This document shows, in pieces, positions 35,136-44,370 of a stretch of 64,000 nucleotides of DNA. Location of the stretch: positions 140-64,139 of the forward strand of contig JAGOKK010000001.1 of assembly GCA_017994635.1 (NCBI GenBank), read 5' to 3'. The stretch is from Candidatus Cloacimonadota bacterium. Its GTDB lineage: Bacteria; Cloacimonadota; Cloacimonadia; Cloacimonadales; Cloacimonadaceae. Position numbers and translations under genes: made by a program. The number at the start of each line of letters is the position of its first letter. Position 1 is the first letter of the stretch. The notes below the pieces were generated by a model. It saw nothing but the letters and a program-made list of their open reading frames with translations, searched no databases and had not been told where the DNA came from.

Positions 35136-36035
35136 ATGATCAAGAACTTTGATGAACTGATGCAGAAAGTGAAGCTTGCCCCCCGCGGAACCGCTGTAAT
35201 TGCTGCAGCGCAAACGGAAAGTGCTTTGGACGCCGCGATTCTGGCCAAGCGCGAGGGTGTGGCAGAAAGTTTACTAGTGGGCGATAAATCCGGTATCCTG
35301 CAGCTCCTGGAAAAGATGGCACCGGATATGATCAAGAGTTTCGAGATCATAGATACTGGCCTCGACCTGGTGAAAGCAGCCAAAGTCTCGGTGGCAGCCG
35401 TACGCGAAGGCAGGGCAAACATCATTTTGAAAGGCAAGACAGATACCGGGATGCTGCTTAAAGCGGTGCTCGATAAAGAACACGGACTGCGCCAAAGCGA
35501 CGTAATATCAGACGTACTGGCGTATGAGCATCCTGATGGACTGCGTCTGATGACCGATGGCGGCATCAATATCCTTCCCGAACTGAGTGAGAAGCTGGCA
35601 ATCCTGAAGAATGCGGTGGCTGTGGGGCACGCTCTGGATAATCCCCAGCCTAAGGTGGCGGTGATATCTGCCATCGAAGCCGTGAATCCCAAAATGCCCG
35701 CCACAATGGATGCCGCTCTACTGGCAAAGATGAATGAACGGGGGCAGATCCCCGGGTGCATTGTGGAAGGCCCAATGGCTTTCGATAACGCAGTGGATAT
35801 CAATGCAGCGAAGATAAAAGGTATCAGCAGTCCTGTAGGTGGAATGGCTGACATCTTTGTGGTGCCAAACATCGAAGCTGGCAATATCTTCGGTAAGATG
35901 CTCACCTACTATTGTAAGTATCGCGTGGCGCATGTGGTGATGGGAACCAAAGCCCCCATCCTGATCCCATCCAGAGCGGATGATGGGGAGACCAAGATGC
36001 TCTGCATGGCGCTAGCATTGGTCACTATGCAGTAA
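35136..36035 (+). CDS. ptb: Phosphate acyltransferase of the PTA/PTB family (phosphate butyryltransferase-like)
   Basis: 299 aa. The length and the motifs ANIILKG, GGINILP, GPMAFDNAV, FVVPNIEAGNIFGK and IPSRADD fit Ptb-type enzymes. No adjacent acyl kinase gene. Confidence 0.75.
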   Translation: MIKNFDELMQKVKLAPRGTAVIAAAQTESALDAAILAKREGVAESLLVGDKSGILQLLEKMAPDMIKSFEIIDTGLDLVKAAKVSVAAVREGRANIILKGKTDTGMLLKAVLDKEHGLRQSDVISDVLAYEHPDGLRLMTDGGINILPELSEKLAILKNAVAVGHALDNPQPKVAVISAIEAVNPKMPATMDAALLAKMNERGQIPGCIVEGPMAFDNAVDINAAKIKGISSPVGGMADIFVVPNIEAGNIFGKMLTYYCKYRVAHVVMGTKAPILIPSRADDGETKMLCMALALVTMQ

Positions 36036-36500
36036 ATGAACCTAAGAATCATCTGTCTCGGCAAGGATAAAGATGCCTGGCTCAGCGCGGGGATAGATGA
36101 ATATGTCAAACGACTGGGACCTTTTTGTAAGCTGGATATATTGCAACTGCCGGATGTTAGCATCAAGCAAACTGGAACATCCGGAAAGGTGATAGAAAAA
36201 GAAAGTGCCCTGATCCTGGCAAAGCTGGAACAGGACGATTTGGTAGTATTGTTGGACGAAAAAGGGGAGGAAAAAAACTCACTTGAGTTTGCCCGGTATC
36301 TGACTAATATACACAATGGGAAAAGAGTCGTATTTGTGATAGGCGGAGTGTACGGCACGTCAGAAGAGATCAAACAGCGTGCCGATCTATGTTTGAGTCT
36401 GTCACGCTTTACTTTCACCCACCGCATGGCTCGCCTGATCCTGATCGAACAGCTATACAGGGCCATGATGATAGCAAGTGGTCGCAGTTACCACATTTGA
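36036..36500 (+). CDS. rlmH: 23S rRNA (pseudouridine1915-N3)-methyltransferase
   Basis: 154 aa SPOUT protein with FVIGGVYGTSEEI and LSLSRFTFTHRMARLILIEQLYRA. Confidence 0.9.
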   Translation: MNLRIICLGKDKDAWLSAGIDEYVKRLGPFCKLDILQLPDVSIKQTGTSGKVIEKESALILAKLEQDDLVVLLDEKGEEKNSLEFARYLTNIHNGKRVVFVIGGVYGTSEEIKQRADLCLSLSRFTFTHRMARLILIEQLYRAMMIASGRSYHI

Positions 36501-36511
36501 ATGAGGAAGAT

Positions 36512-36664
36512 ATGTTACACATAAGTTTACTCAGTGCCATCGACGTGCAGTACTCGCTCTGGATAATGGGCCAGGGCATGCTTGGAATATTCATATTCAT
36601 GGGGATATTCTACGCTTTAATCTATTCACTAGAGAAGATTTTTACACCTAAGAGCGATCAATGA
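36512..36664 (+). CDS. Small hydrophobic protein (one TM), translationally coupled to the C25 peptidase gene
   Basis: 50 aa (MLHISLLSAIDVQYSLWIMGQGMLGIFIFMGIFYALIYSLEKIF...). It is preceded by GAGGAAG, and its stop overlaps the next ATG (ATGA at 36661-36664). It could be spurious. Confidence 0.35.
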   Translation: MLHISLLSAIDVQYSLWIMGQGMLGIFIFMGIFYALIYSLEKIFTPKSDQ

Positions 36665-39600
36665 GGCGCGCGATAGTGATATCAGCGCTGCTTATGGTGG
36701 CGTTGTGGCTGTCCGCGGAAGTCCGAGTTATCGAACATAACGGTAATAGTCTGACTGTCGAATTCCTGATAGATGATTATGAGCTGGTGGAGTCTGAAGA
36801 CTTCACACGTGTGATCCTGACTGGAGCCGGGTACCCCGACCAGTCTGGGGCTCCATCCCTGCCATCTTATGAGTTTAAGATTGGTGTGCCACCTGATGGG
36901 GATGCATCATACAACGTGTTAACATCCACGACCAAGGACATCACTCTAAATAAGCGCATCGAGCCAGTACCATACCCGGAAAACGGGGATGGCATATCGG
37001 CTTATCGCTATGAAGCCGATGAATCGCTGTATAAAACCTCTGCAGAGCAATTGCTAAGCAGCCAGGGAAAACATGTTTTCCGCTCCCACCCATTCATCTC
37101 AATAATGATCCATCCCTTCAGCTACGACGGTATGAATCAGATTAGATTGACTACATCCGCTCTGATCAAGATCACACTGAAGGGAAATACTCACCAAAAA
37201 AGTCCCCCCACATCCGATCCCATGACTCAAATAGTCCTGGACCAGATGCTAAATGGTGACGACGCCCGTTACTGGCAGGAACAGCAACGCTCGCTAGTGA
37301 ATCATGCAGATTTCAGTCTCTCTCCCTGGTGGCTAAAGGTCGAAACCGACAAGCCGGGTATGTATCGCATCAATCAATCGCACTTGAACGGATTCCCTCT
37401 GGCGGAAATTGATCCCCGAAGCATCCGGATGTTTTGCACCACTGGCGCAACAGTAGACTTTACCCCCAATCCCGGTCATGAGTTTCAGGAAATCCCCATT
37501 CAGGTAGTCGGAGAAGCGGATGGCAGCTTTGACTCTGGTGATTATGTGGTATTTTACGGTGCCGATCGCACGGGTTGGGAATATAACGATGGGCTCCAGT
37601 ATCAGTTCGAGCATCCCACACAACCAAATACGATATATCATAATCCGTATTCTCACAACCGGGTGTATTGGCTCACATTCGCTGGAGACTTTCCCGGGAA
37701 TCCCCTGCGCATGATCACCGAAAGTGCTGCCCAAAACTGGGATACGGAGTACTACTATCATCGGGAAGTAGTACATGTGGAAGAGGAGAGTCATCGCCGA
37801 GAACAGATAGGTTTGCTGTGGTATATGACCCTGATGTCAGGAAGAACTACTACAGACTACAGCATGGAAGTGAACCTGCCCGATTTACTGCCATCTCCGG
37901 AAAACACCATGGCAATCAGGATGAAGCAGGAAAGCTTAAGCTCCGATCTAATGCACAGAATGAATGTACTGGTGAATGACGTTCCGCAAAACGCACCCGA
38001 TCATAGCCATGATTTCACCTGGTACTCCACTTCTGTATATGAAGCCACAATTGATTCCACGGCATTTACAGCGGGAACCAATCGCATCACGTTTCGGATA
38101 GTGAGGAATAACACTCAGGACAATCTACTACTTGACTACTACCGGATTACCTACAACAGAAAACTGGTAAAGACCAATGCACAATACCGGGTAAACAGCT
38201 TCTCAAGCCCCTATCAGAAGTATGTTTTCAATGGAGCAAGCGATAACCTGAGCATTTATAGTGTGCGTAACGATTACAGTGTAAGTATGCTGCCCTACGA
38301 AGCTACGAATGGAGGCTTTAGTTTTATCGCGGCAGATGCGGCAGCACGAAACTTTTACGTTAGCAGAGTCGAGGAATTGTACACTCCTACTCGAGTGCAG
38401 AGGGTTACTCCCGCCGTCCTGACAAATCCCACAACGCCCATCCAGACGGTTATAGTAACTCCCCAGGCATTCAGAGCGCAAGCGGAACAATTGGCACAGA
38501 TGTATGAGCAAAATTGGTCTCTGAGTACAAAAGTGGTGCTGCAAGAAGATGTATTCAACCATTTCACCGGTGGACATCCTGATCCCGCTGCCATCAGGCA
38601 GTATGTGAGATACCTTTATTACAATGCTCCCGCACCCAAGATACAATCTCTGGTGCTGCTGGGACTGGGTACCCTGGATTGGCGCAACTACTCCGGCATT
38701 GCAACTCCCAAAAACCAGATTATGGTCTATCAGACACCCTTTTCGTCTACTCCCAATGTGTCTGATGATTATTTTGCCATGATCAGTACCATTAACTACC
38801 CAGAGATCATGGTCGGCAGGTATCCCGTGAAGAATACAACGGAACTTACCACAATGCTAAGTAACTTCCAAAACCATACTCAGAATCCCAAGCCGGGACA
38901 CTGGCGCAATAGCATAGTCACTCTGGCCGACGATTTTATGAACGGGGACAATACCAATGACTTTCAGCATACATATGATCTGCAATCTCTCTCCAATCTG
39001 ATTCACCCCTCCATTTCAAACGCAAAGATGTTTGCTGAAGATTACGATTATGACCAGTTTCTAAACAAACCCAAGGTTAGGGACGAAGTATTTAAACAAA
39101 TCAATGAAGGGAAACTGCTCTTTTACTATGTGGGACACGGATCCTTCGATGTACTGGGAATGCAGAACTACATAACCGGTTCTACAGACATGGGACGCTT
39201 CCAAAATACGGACATGTTACCACTATTCATAACAGCTTCCTGTGAAGTATCATGGTTCGATCATTGGGCCTATGAGAGCCTGAGTCAAAAAAGTGTATTA
39301 CTGGATAACCGGGGTGCAATCGCATCTGTGGGCTGCACCAGGAAAAGCTTTCCCACTCCCAATTTGGCCCTGATGTCTTACTTCGTACCTGGTATGCTAA
39401 ACAATCGCAACCCCCTGGGATATGCTATGATGGCTGCCAAGATGCGCAATCCCGGCAGTAGAAACAACAATGAGATGTTCGTAATTCTGGGCGATCCACA
39501 CCTGAGAATCACCCCTCCCGCCAGAGATAGTTCGATGGTCTTCTCCTCCGCCGGAGCGCCCACAAATCAAGCTCATTCCCGCGATCTGGTGCGAGTTAAC

Positions 39601-40536
39601 GGAACTCTCAGCGCTCAAGGATTACAAGGGAGTGCCCTGGTGCAAGCCTATGACGCCAAAACTAGTGATGTGATACGTGGCATCGCTGTAACTAGAAGCG
39701 GCAATCGCATCTTTGCGGGCGAAGCCAGTGTGGTAAACTCAGATTATCAAGCAGGATTTTTCATCCCAGATGATTTGATCCCCGGTAGTACTGGAGTCGT
39801 AACAGCCTACACTTGGGATGCAGCCACCAAGAGGGATTACTTGTCCTATTTCAGCCCATTATCCCTCTCTGATGAAGTACTGCCTGGAGCACCAGACAAT
39901 GATGGTGCACCGCAGATATCCCTATATTTGGATTCCTACGACTTCAGAGAAGGTGATACCGTGAGCAGTTCCCCCACTCTGTATGCCAGGATAAACGATG
40001 CCAATGGAATCAACCTGACCGGGAGCGCGGGTCACAACATCATAGTGGTGTTGGATAACTCCCTCCAACCTGTTCCCATCACGAGTTACTTCAATTACGA
40101 TAAGGATTCCTATACAGCGGGCAGTGTGGTGTATCCCATGGAGGAGTTGGGCGATGGACCTCATAGTGTGCAGCTTATCGCCTTTGATAACTATAACATG
40201 CCCTCAGTGCAGACCGTTTCTTTCGTAACCAGAAAATCCTCTGCGATAACCCTGAATCAGTTGCTGATATATCCCAATCCAATCAAATCTGATGGGTACG
40301 TGACCTTCATGATTTCTGAAGCGGCGGACATAACCCTCGATATATTCACCATGAGCGGACGCCGCATTCGCAGAATCGAACAAAGCGTACCAGCAGGTTT
40401 TAACAAAATCCCCTTTGACGGACGTGATGAGATGGGGGCCAAACTGGCCAACAACACTTATTTTATCCGTCTGAAAGCAAGAAATCAGAACGGTAAGACA
40501 GTGGAAAAGCAAGAACGACTGGTAATCTATAAATAA
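36661..40536 (+). CDS. C25-family cysteine peptidase, PorU-like (T9SS sortase-like), with a T9SS-type C-terminal sorting domain
   Basis: 1291 aa with a signal peptide. The catalytic His context is FYYVGHGSFDVLG and the Cys context is PLFITASCEVSWFD. Segments VIVTPQAFRAQAEQLAQMY..VVLQEDVFNHFTGGHPDPAAIR and DDYFAMI..MVGRYPV resemble P. gingivalis PorU as I recall it. The C-terminus LLIYPNPIKSDGYVTFMIS...TYFIRLKA...LVIYK is a T9SS CTD-type beta-sandwich. Confidence 0.7.
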   Translation: MRRAIVISALLMVALWLSAEVRVIEHNGNSLTVEFLIDDYELVESEDFTRVILTGAGYPDQSGAPSLPSYEFKIGVPPDGDASYNVLTSTTKDITLNKRIEPVPYPENGDGISAYRYEADESLYKTSAEQLLSSQGKHVFRSHPFISIMIHPFSYDGMNQIRLTTSALIKITLKGNTHQKSPPTSDPMTQIVLDQMLNGDDARYWQEQQRSLVNHADFSLSPWWLKVETDKPGMYRINQSHLNGFPLAEIDPRSIRMFCTTGATVDFTPNPGHEFQEIPIQVVGEADGSFDSGDYVVFYGADRTGWEYNDGLQYQFEHPTQPNTIYHNPYSHNRVYWLTFAGDFPGNPLRMITESAAQNWDTEYYYHREVVHVEEESHRREQIGLLWYMTLMSGRTTTDYSMEVNLPDLLPSPENTMAIRMKQESLSSDLMHRMNVLVNDVPQNAPDHSHDFTWYSTSVYEATIDSTAFTAGTNRITFRIVRNNTQDNLLLDYYRITYNRKLVKTNAQYRVNSFSSPYQKYVFNGASDNLSIYSVRNDYSVSMLPYEATNGGFSFIAADAAARNFYVSRVEELYTPTRVQRVTPAVLTNPTTPIQTVIVTPQAFRAQAEQLAQMYEQNWSLSTKVVLQEDVFNHFTGGHPDPAAIRQYVRYLYYNAPAPKIQSLVLLGLGTLDWRNYSGIATPKNQIMVYQTPFSSTPNVSDDYFAMISTINYPEIMVGRYPVKNTTELTTMLSNFQNHTQNPKPGHWRNSIVTLADDFMNGDNTNDFQHTYDLQSLSNLIHPSISNAKMFAEDYDYDQFLNKPKVRDEVFKQINEGKLLFYYVGHGSFDVLGMQNYITGSTDMGRFQNTDMLPLFITASCEVSWFDHWAYESLSQKSVLLDNRGAIASVGCTRKSFPTPNLALMSYFVPGMLNNRNPLGYAMMAAKMRNPGSRNNNEMFVILGDPHLRITPPARDSSMVFSSAGAPTNQAHSRDLVRVNGTLSAQGLQGSALVQAYDAKTSDVIRGIAVTRSGNRIFAGEASVVNSDYQAGFFIPDDLIPGSTGVVTAYTWDAATKRDYLSYFSPLSLSDEVLPGAPDNDGAPQISLYLDSYDFREGDTVSSSPTLYARINDANGINLTGSAGHNIIVVLDNSLQPVPITSYFNYDKDSYTAGSVVYPMEELGDGPHSVQLIAFDNYNMPSVQTVSFVTRKSSAITLNQLLIYPNPIKSDGYVTFMISEAADITLDIFTMSGRRIRRIEQSVPAGFNKIPFDGRDEMGAKLANNTYFIRLKARNQNGKTVEKQERLVIYK

Positions 40537-40548
40537 GTGGACAACAAG

Positions 40549-41940
40549 ATGAAACTCTATAATACCCAAAGCCGCAAGAAAGAAGACTTTACCCCCCTGG
40601 AACAGGGAAAGCTGAAGCTCTATGCCTGCGGACCTACCGTATATGACTATTTTCACATCGGAAACGCTCGCGCTTTCATCTTCTTTGATGTCGTACGTCG
40701 TTATTTCGAGTACCTTGATTACGAGGTAACCTATGTGCAAAACATCACGGATATCGATGATAAGATCATCGAGAAGGCTATCACCGAAGGCAGGAACTTT
40801 TCCGAAATCGCAGATAAATACGCTACCGCTTTTTTGGAGGATTGTGCCGCTTTGGGCATCAAGAAACCCCACGTCCAGCCCCGTGCCACCGAAGTGATGC
40901 CCCAGATAATCGAGCTGATCGACACCCTGGTCAAGAAAGGATACGCCTACGAATCCGGCGGGGATGTTTACTTCGATACCTCTGCTCTGCAGGAATATGG
41001 GAGCCTTTCCGGCAAACAGATTGAGGAGCAGATGGCGGGCGCTAGAGTAGCAGAAAACCTGAATAAAAAGCATTCCGCGGATTTTACTCTGTGGAAAAAG
41101 AGCAAACCTGGTGAGCCCATCTGGCAGAGCCCATGGGGCGAAGGCAGGCCCGGATGGCATACCGAATGTGTGGTGATGAGTCAACACTATCTGGGTGAAA
41201 GCTTTGATATCCATGGCGGCGGGATCGACCTCGTATTCCCTCATCATGAAAACGAGAACGCCCAGGCCATGGCTCTCACCGGTAAACCCCTCGCCCGCTA
41301 TTGGATGCACAATGGCTTTCTGAATATTGACGGAGAGAAGATGAGCAAGAGCTTGAAGAACTTCTTCACTGCCAGAGATATCCTGAAAGAGTATGACAAA
41401 GAGGCCATCCGCTTCTTCTTCCTATCCAAGCATTACCGCTCCCCTATCGACTTCACTAGAGAATTGATCGAGGAGTCACATCGAGCTGTACAAAACTTCC
41501 ATAAAGCGCTGGAAGCCTTTGATGTAAAAGCGCTGGGGCAAAGGCCAAGCACGGCTGCCGGGATGCCGGAGGTGGAAATGCAGTTTCGAGAAGCGATGGA
41601 TGACGACTTCAACACCGCCAAGGCTATCGCACTGATGTTTGATCTCAGCCGCAAATGCAAGGATCAATCGCTCAACCGGACCGAGCAGGAAGCGGCAGCG
41701 GCTCTGCTGTTGAAACTGGGTAAGGTACTGGGTTTCTTTGAGCTTGAACCTGCCCGCAAGGAAGCGGAAATGCCAGACATCAGTAAGAAGCTGATCGAAC
41801 TCATCTTAGACTACCGGAAAGAAGCCAGAGCTGCCAAACAATGGGCTGCCTCAGACAAGATCAGAGATGATCTGATGACTCTGGGCATTGAGATCAAGGA
41901 CGGTCCCGAAGGTAGCACATGGACATTGAGGAAACAATGA
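40549..41940 (+). CDS. cysS: Cysteine--tRNA ligase
   Basis: It has HIGN (FHIGNARAF), KMSKS (EKMSKSLKN) and WHTEC. I chose the ATG at 40549 (MKLYNTQSRK); the ORF-track GTG is at 40537. Confidence 0.9.
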   Translation: MKLYNTQSRKKEDFTPLEQGKLKLYACGPTVYDYFHIGNARAFIFFDVVRRYFEYLDYEVTYVQNITDIDDKIIEKAITEGRNFSEIADKYATAFLEDCAALGIKKPHVQPRATEVMPQIIELIDTLVKKGYAYESGGDVYFDTSALQEYGSLSGKQIEEQMAGARVAENLNKKHSADFTLWKKSKPGEPIWQSPWGEGRPGWHTECVVMSQHYLGESFDIHGGGIDLVFPHHENENAQAMALTGKPLARYWMHNGFLNIDGEKMSKSLKNFFTARDILKEYDKEAIRFFFLSKHYRSPIDFTRELIEESHRAVQNFHKALEAFDVKALGQRPSTAAGMPEVEMQFREAMDDDFNTAKAIALMFDLSRKCKDQSLNRTEQEAAAALLLKLGKVLGFFELEPARKEAEMPDISKKLIELILDYRKEARAAKQWAASDKIRDDLMTLGIEIKDGPEGSTWTLRKQ

Positions 41941-42755
41941 AAAAGAATCAAAAACAAATACTGATCATCATAATCGCGATAGTGGCGATCCTGGTGCTGC
42001 TGAAGATCTTTATCTTTGGCGGAGTTAGATTGAACAAACCAGAAAGCGTGGCTTTCGACCCCGTGGGAAACCGATTCCTGATCTCCAACGTGGGCAGTGG
42101 CAGCATTGTGGCCATGGATGAGAACGGCAAGTTTCACAAATACATGCCCAAAGCCTTTGAGGCCCCGAAAGGGCTTTTCCTCAGAGATGACATGTTGTAT
42201 GTCACCGACCCCACCAAGATTCACGTGGTGGATGTAAGGGAAGCCAAGATCATGGACACCTATGAGATTGAGGGTGCGGTGGGCCTGAATGACATAGCCA
42301 TCGATGAAAATGGATTGCTCTACATCACCGATATGGGCGGTGACTGCGTATATATATATGATCCCGCGGCCAAAACCCAATACAAGGTGCTCAATCCCCT
42401 GCTAAAAGCGCCAAATGGCATCGTGTATGATCGTCCCCGCTGGCAGATGTTTATCGTGAACAACGCTGAGCGCTCCCCCATCTTATCGCTGGATATCAGG
42501 GATAGAAAGCTGAGTATATTCATGGACAGTGTCTATTCCAATCTCGATGGCATTGCCATCGACGATCCAGGCAGGATCTTTATCAGTTCCTGGAATGAAG
42601 AGATGATCGTGCAGATTCCTCAGGAACAAAATCGCTTCATCGCATATCAGGAAGGTATCAAAGGCGCAGCAGACATGTATTACCACCTGCCCACCAATGA
42701 GTTGATTGTTCCGCTGCTAACGAGTAACAAGATACAGCGGATAAAACTGGATTAA
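41937..42755 (+). CDS. Membrane-anchored beta-propeller-like protein (SMP-30/gluconolactonase/NHL-like repeats)
   Basis: About 272 aa. After an N-terminal TM (ILIIIIAIVAILVLLKIFIF) come repeated motifs (PESVAFDPVGNRFLISN, PKGLFLRDDMLYVTD, LNDIAIDENGLLYITD, PNGIVYD, LDGIAIDDPGRIFISS). The ATG overlaps the cysS stop (ATGA). Confidence 0.5.
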   Translation: MKKNQKQILIIIIAIVAILVLLKIFIFGGVRLNKPESVAFDPVGNRFLISNVGSGSIVAMDENGKFHKYMPKAFEAPKGLFLRDDMLYVTDPTKIHVVDVREAKIMDTYEIEGAVGLNDIAIDENGLLYITDMGGDCVYIYDPAAKTQYKVLNPLLKAPNGIVYDRPRWQMFIVNNAERSPILSLDIRDRKLSIFMDSVYSNLDGIAIDDPGRIFISSWNEEMIVQIPQEQNRFIAYQEGIKGAADMYYHLPTNELIVPLLTSNKIQRIKLD

Positions 42756-43424
42756 ATGCCCCCAGCTGTAAGTATTGATGCCGAAGCAGTGCAGAAATAC
42801 TTTCTGCGTGAGGATGAATACTTAAGGGAACTGGCAGTATACCAGAGTGCCTTGCCGCACGTGCCCCATCTTTTTGACCACGGCAAGGCACTTTCCATTT
42901 CAGCCTGCGTCAATGATGCAGAAGCTGCTCCGAGAGAAGACTACGGTCAGCATGGATTCTATATCCGCATCCAGCGGATACTGGGAGAGCCCTACCTCGA
43001 TCTCCAAGACTTCAATGCTATTGAACTAGGCAAAGCACTATCTGAGTTTCACTTAGCCAGCCATCGTGAAGATGGATCCTGTCTATGTCACATCGACAAT
43101 CAACCCCAGAATATCCTTCTGGCAAGTACGGGTTATTGGTTCATAGATTTCTCAGACAGTAGGTTTGGCCGCCCAGAAGAAGACATCAGCCATCTCTTGT
43201 TGTTTTGGGCGGCAGAGTTTCACCCCGCATCATTCAGAGATAGATTGAAGCAATTACTGCTTGGCTACCTTCCTGGAATCAAGCTGGATCACCAGGCTTG
43301 GAAGGAAGCTACTCTGGCATCGGAACAGCGCTTTGATGAGCGGCGAAGTAGATACGGCAAGCAGACCATGCTCAGTGGGTCACAAGCTGAGAACCGCCAA
43401 ACCATCCGGGATCTAGTCTTTTAG
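42756..43424 (+). CDS. Small protein-kinase-like / APH-type phosphotransferase-fold protein
   Basis: 222 aa with the catalytic-loop-like CHIDNQPQNILL and the metal-binding-like FIDFSDS. I recognised no glycine-rich loop. Confidence 0.5.
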   Translation: MPPAVSIDAEAVQKYFLREDEYLRELAVYQSALPHVPHLFDHGKALSISACVNDAEAAPREDYGQHGFYIRIQRILGEPYLDLQDFNAIELGKALSEFHLASHREDGSCLCHIDNQPQNILLASTGYWFIDFSDSRFGRPEEDISHLLLFWAAEFHPASFRDRLKQLLLGYLPGIKLDHQAWKEATLASEQRFDERRSRYGKQTMLSGSQAENRQTIRDLVF

Positions 43425-44347
43425 CGATACTCGTAGATCATCCAGCCTTCACGTCCCATGGCCACATAGATGTAATCATTCTCCACTGCGATATCGTGAA
43501 CCGCAAAGGGGGGATAGAAAGTGTTAATATCCTCCGGACGACTGGAGATCGAGATATCGAAGATTTTAATACCACCCTGTCCCAAAGCCAGTAACAGACG
43601 TTGGTCTTTCACTGCCATCCCCTGTACTTCGTTGGCCAGGCGAATTTGGGCCACTAGAGTAGGTTGGTTGATATCCCTCACAGAAATCACTTGCAGGTCT
43701 TTACCCGCTGCCACATACAGGTAGTCCTTGTCCTTGACCAGTTTTGTGGCGTTGGCAATCTGATAATTGGTGGCGATCCCAAGAGGAAAGTCCTGCATGG
43801 TTACATCTACCGTTACCACTCCGAAGTCGTTGAGCGCGTAGAGATAGGGATATTCTGCGGTAAAATCTCGAATGCCCCACTTCTCTGCGAAGTTGGCGAG
43901 CAAATCCCCCCCACCCCCGCGACCGACATTTATGATATCAATACCCCGAAAGCGATCTGCCACGTAAAGAGTGCTGCCTTCGCGAGTTAGCTTATCCCCT
44001 ATGATGGTATTCACAAAGAATATCTTACCGTACAGACTGAGTGAATCGATCACAGTGACGGTGTTTGTGGGCTCGTGGCTGGACACATACAGATAGTTAC
44101 CGCCCTGTATATTCACGTCCTCAATGGGATGGAGGGAGCTAAATGATCCCTCCAAACGGGGTTGCCAGGCATTGAAAGTGCTGTATATCCACATCTGGTA
44201 CTGATTGTGCACCAAGACGTTACCGGAATCCACATCGATGGAGTAGGCCTGGACATTTTTGATTTGTGCCAGGGGGTGGACAAAGCGATTATCCACTGCC
44301 AGCAGTATGCCTGCCAGCATTATCATGATCAGCAGCGTTCTTTTCAA
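43421..44347 (-). CDS. Secreted LVIVD-repeat beta-propeller protein
   Basis: 308 aa with the signal peptide MKRTLLIMIMLAGILLA. Repeats are of the LVIVD type (YLYVSS, LYVADRFRGIDIINV, YLYVAAGKDLQVISV, LLLALGQGGIKIFDIS, YIYVAMGREGWMIYE). Confidence 0.65.
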   Translation of the reverse strand: MKRTLLIMIMLAGILLAVDNRFVHPLAQIKNVQAYSIDVDSGNVLVHNQYQMWIYSTFNAWQPRLEGSFSSLHPIEDVNIQGGNYLYVSSHEPTNTVTVIDSLSLYGKIFFVNTIIGDKLTREGSTLYVADRFRGIDIINVGRGGGGDLLANFAEKWGIRDFTAEYPYLYALNDFGVVTVDVTMQDFPLGIATNYQIANATKLVKDKDYLYVAAGKDLQVISVRDINQPTLVAQIRLANEVQGMAVKDQRLLLALGQGGIKIFDISISSRPEDINTFYPPFAVHDIAVENDYIYVAMGREGWMIYEYR

Positions 44348-44370
44348 AGGGTCCTCCCCTTCAGATCAGG

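Noticed and set aside
35126-35905. 259-aa minus-strand ORF, very Ser/Ala-rich
   Set aside because: It is antisense to the phosphate butyryltransferase gene, with the low-complexity composition characteristic of reverse frames of Ala/Gly-rich enzymes.
40204-41310. 368-aa minus-strand ORF
   Set aside because: It is antisense to the 3' end of the C25 peptidase gene and most of cysS, both of which carry diagnostic motifs on the plus strand.
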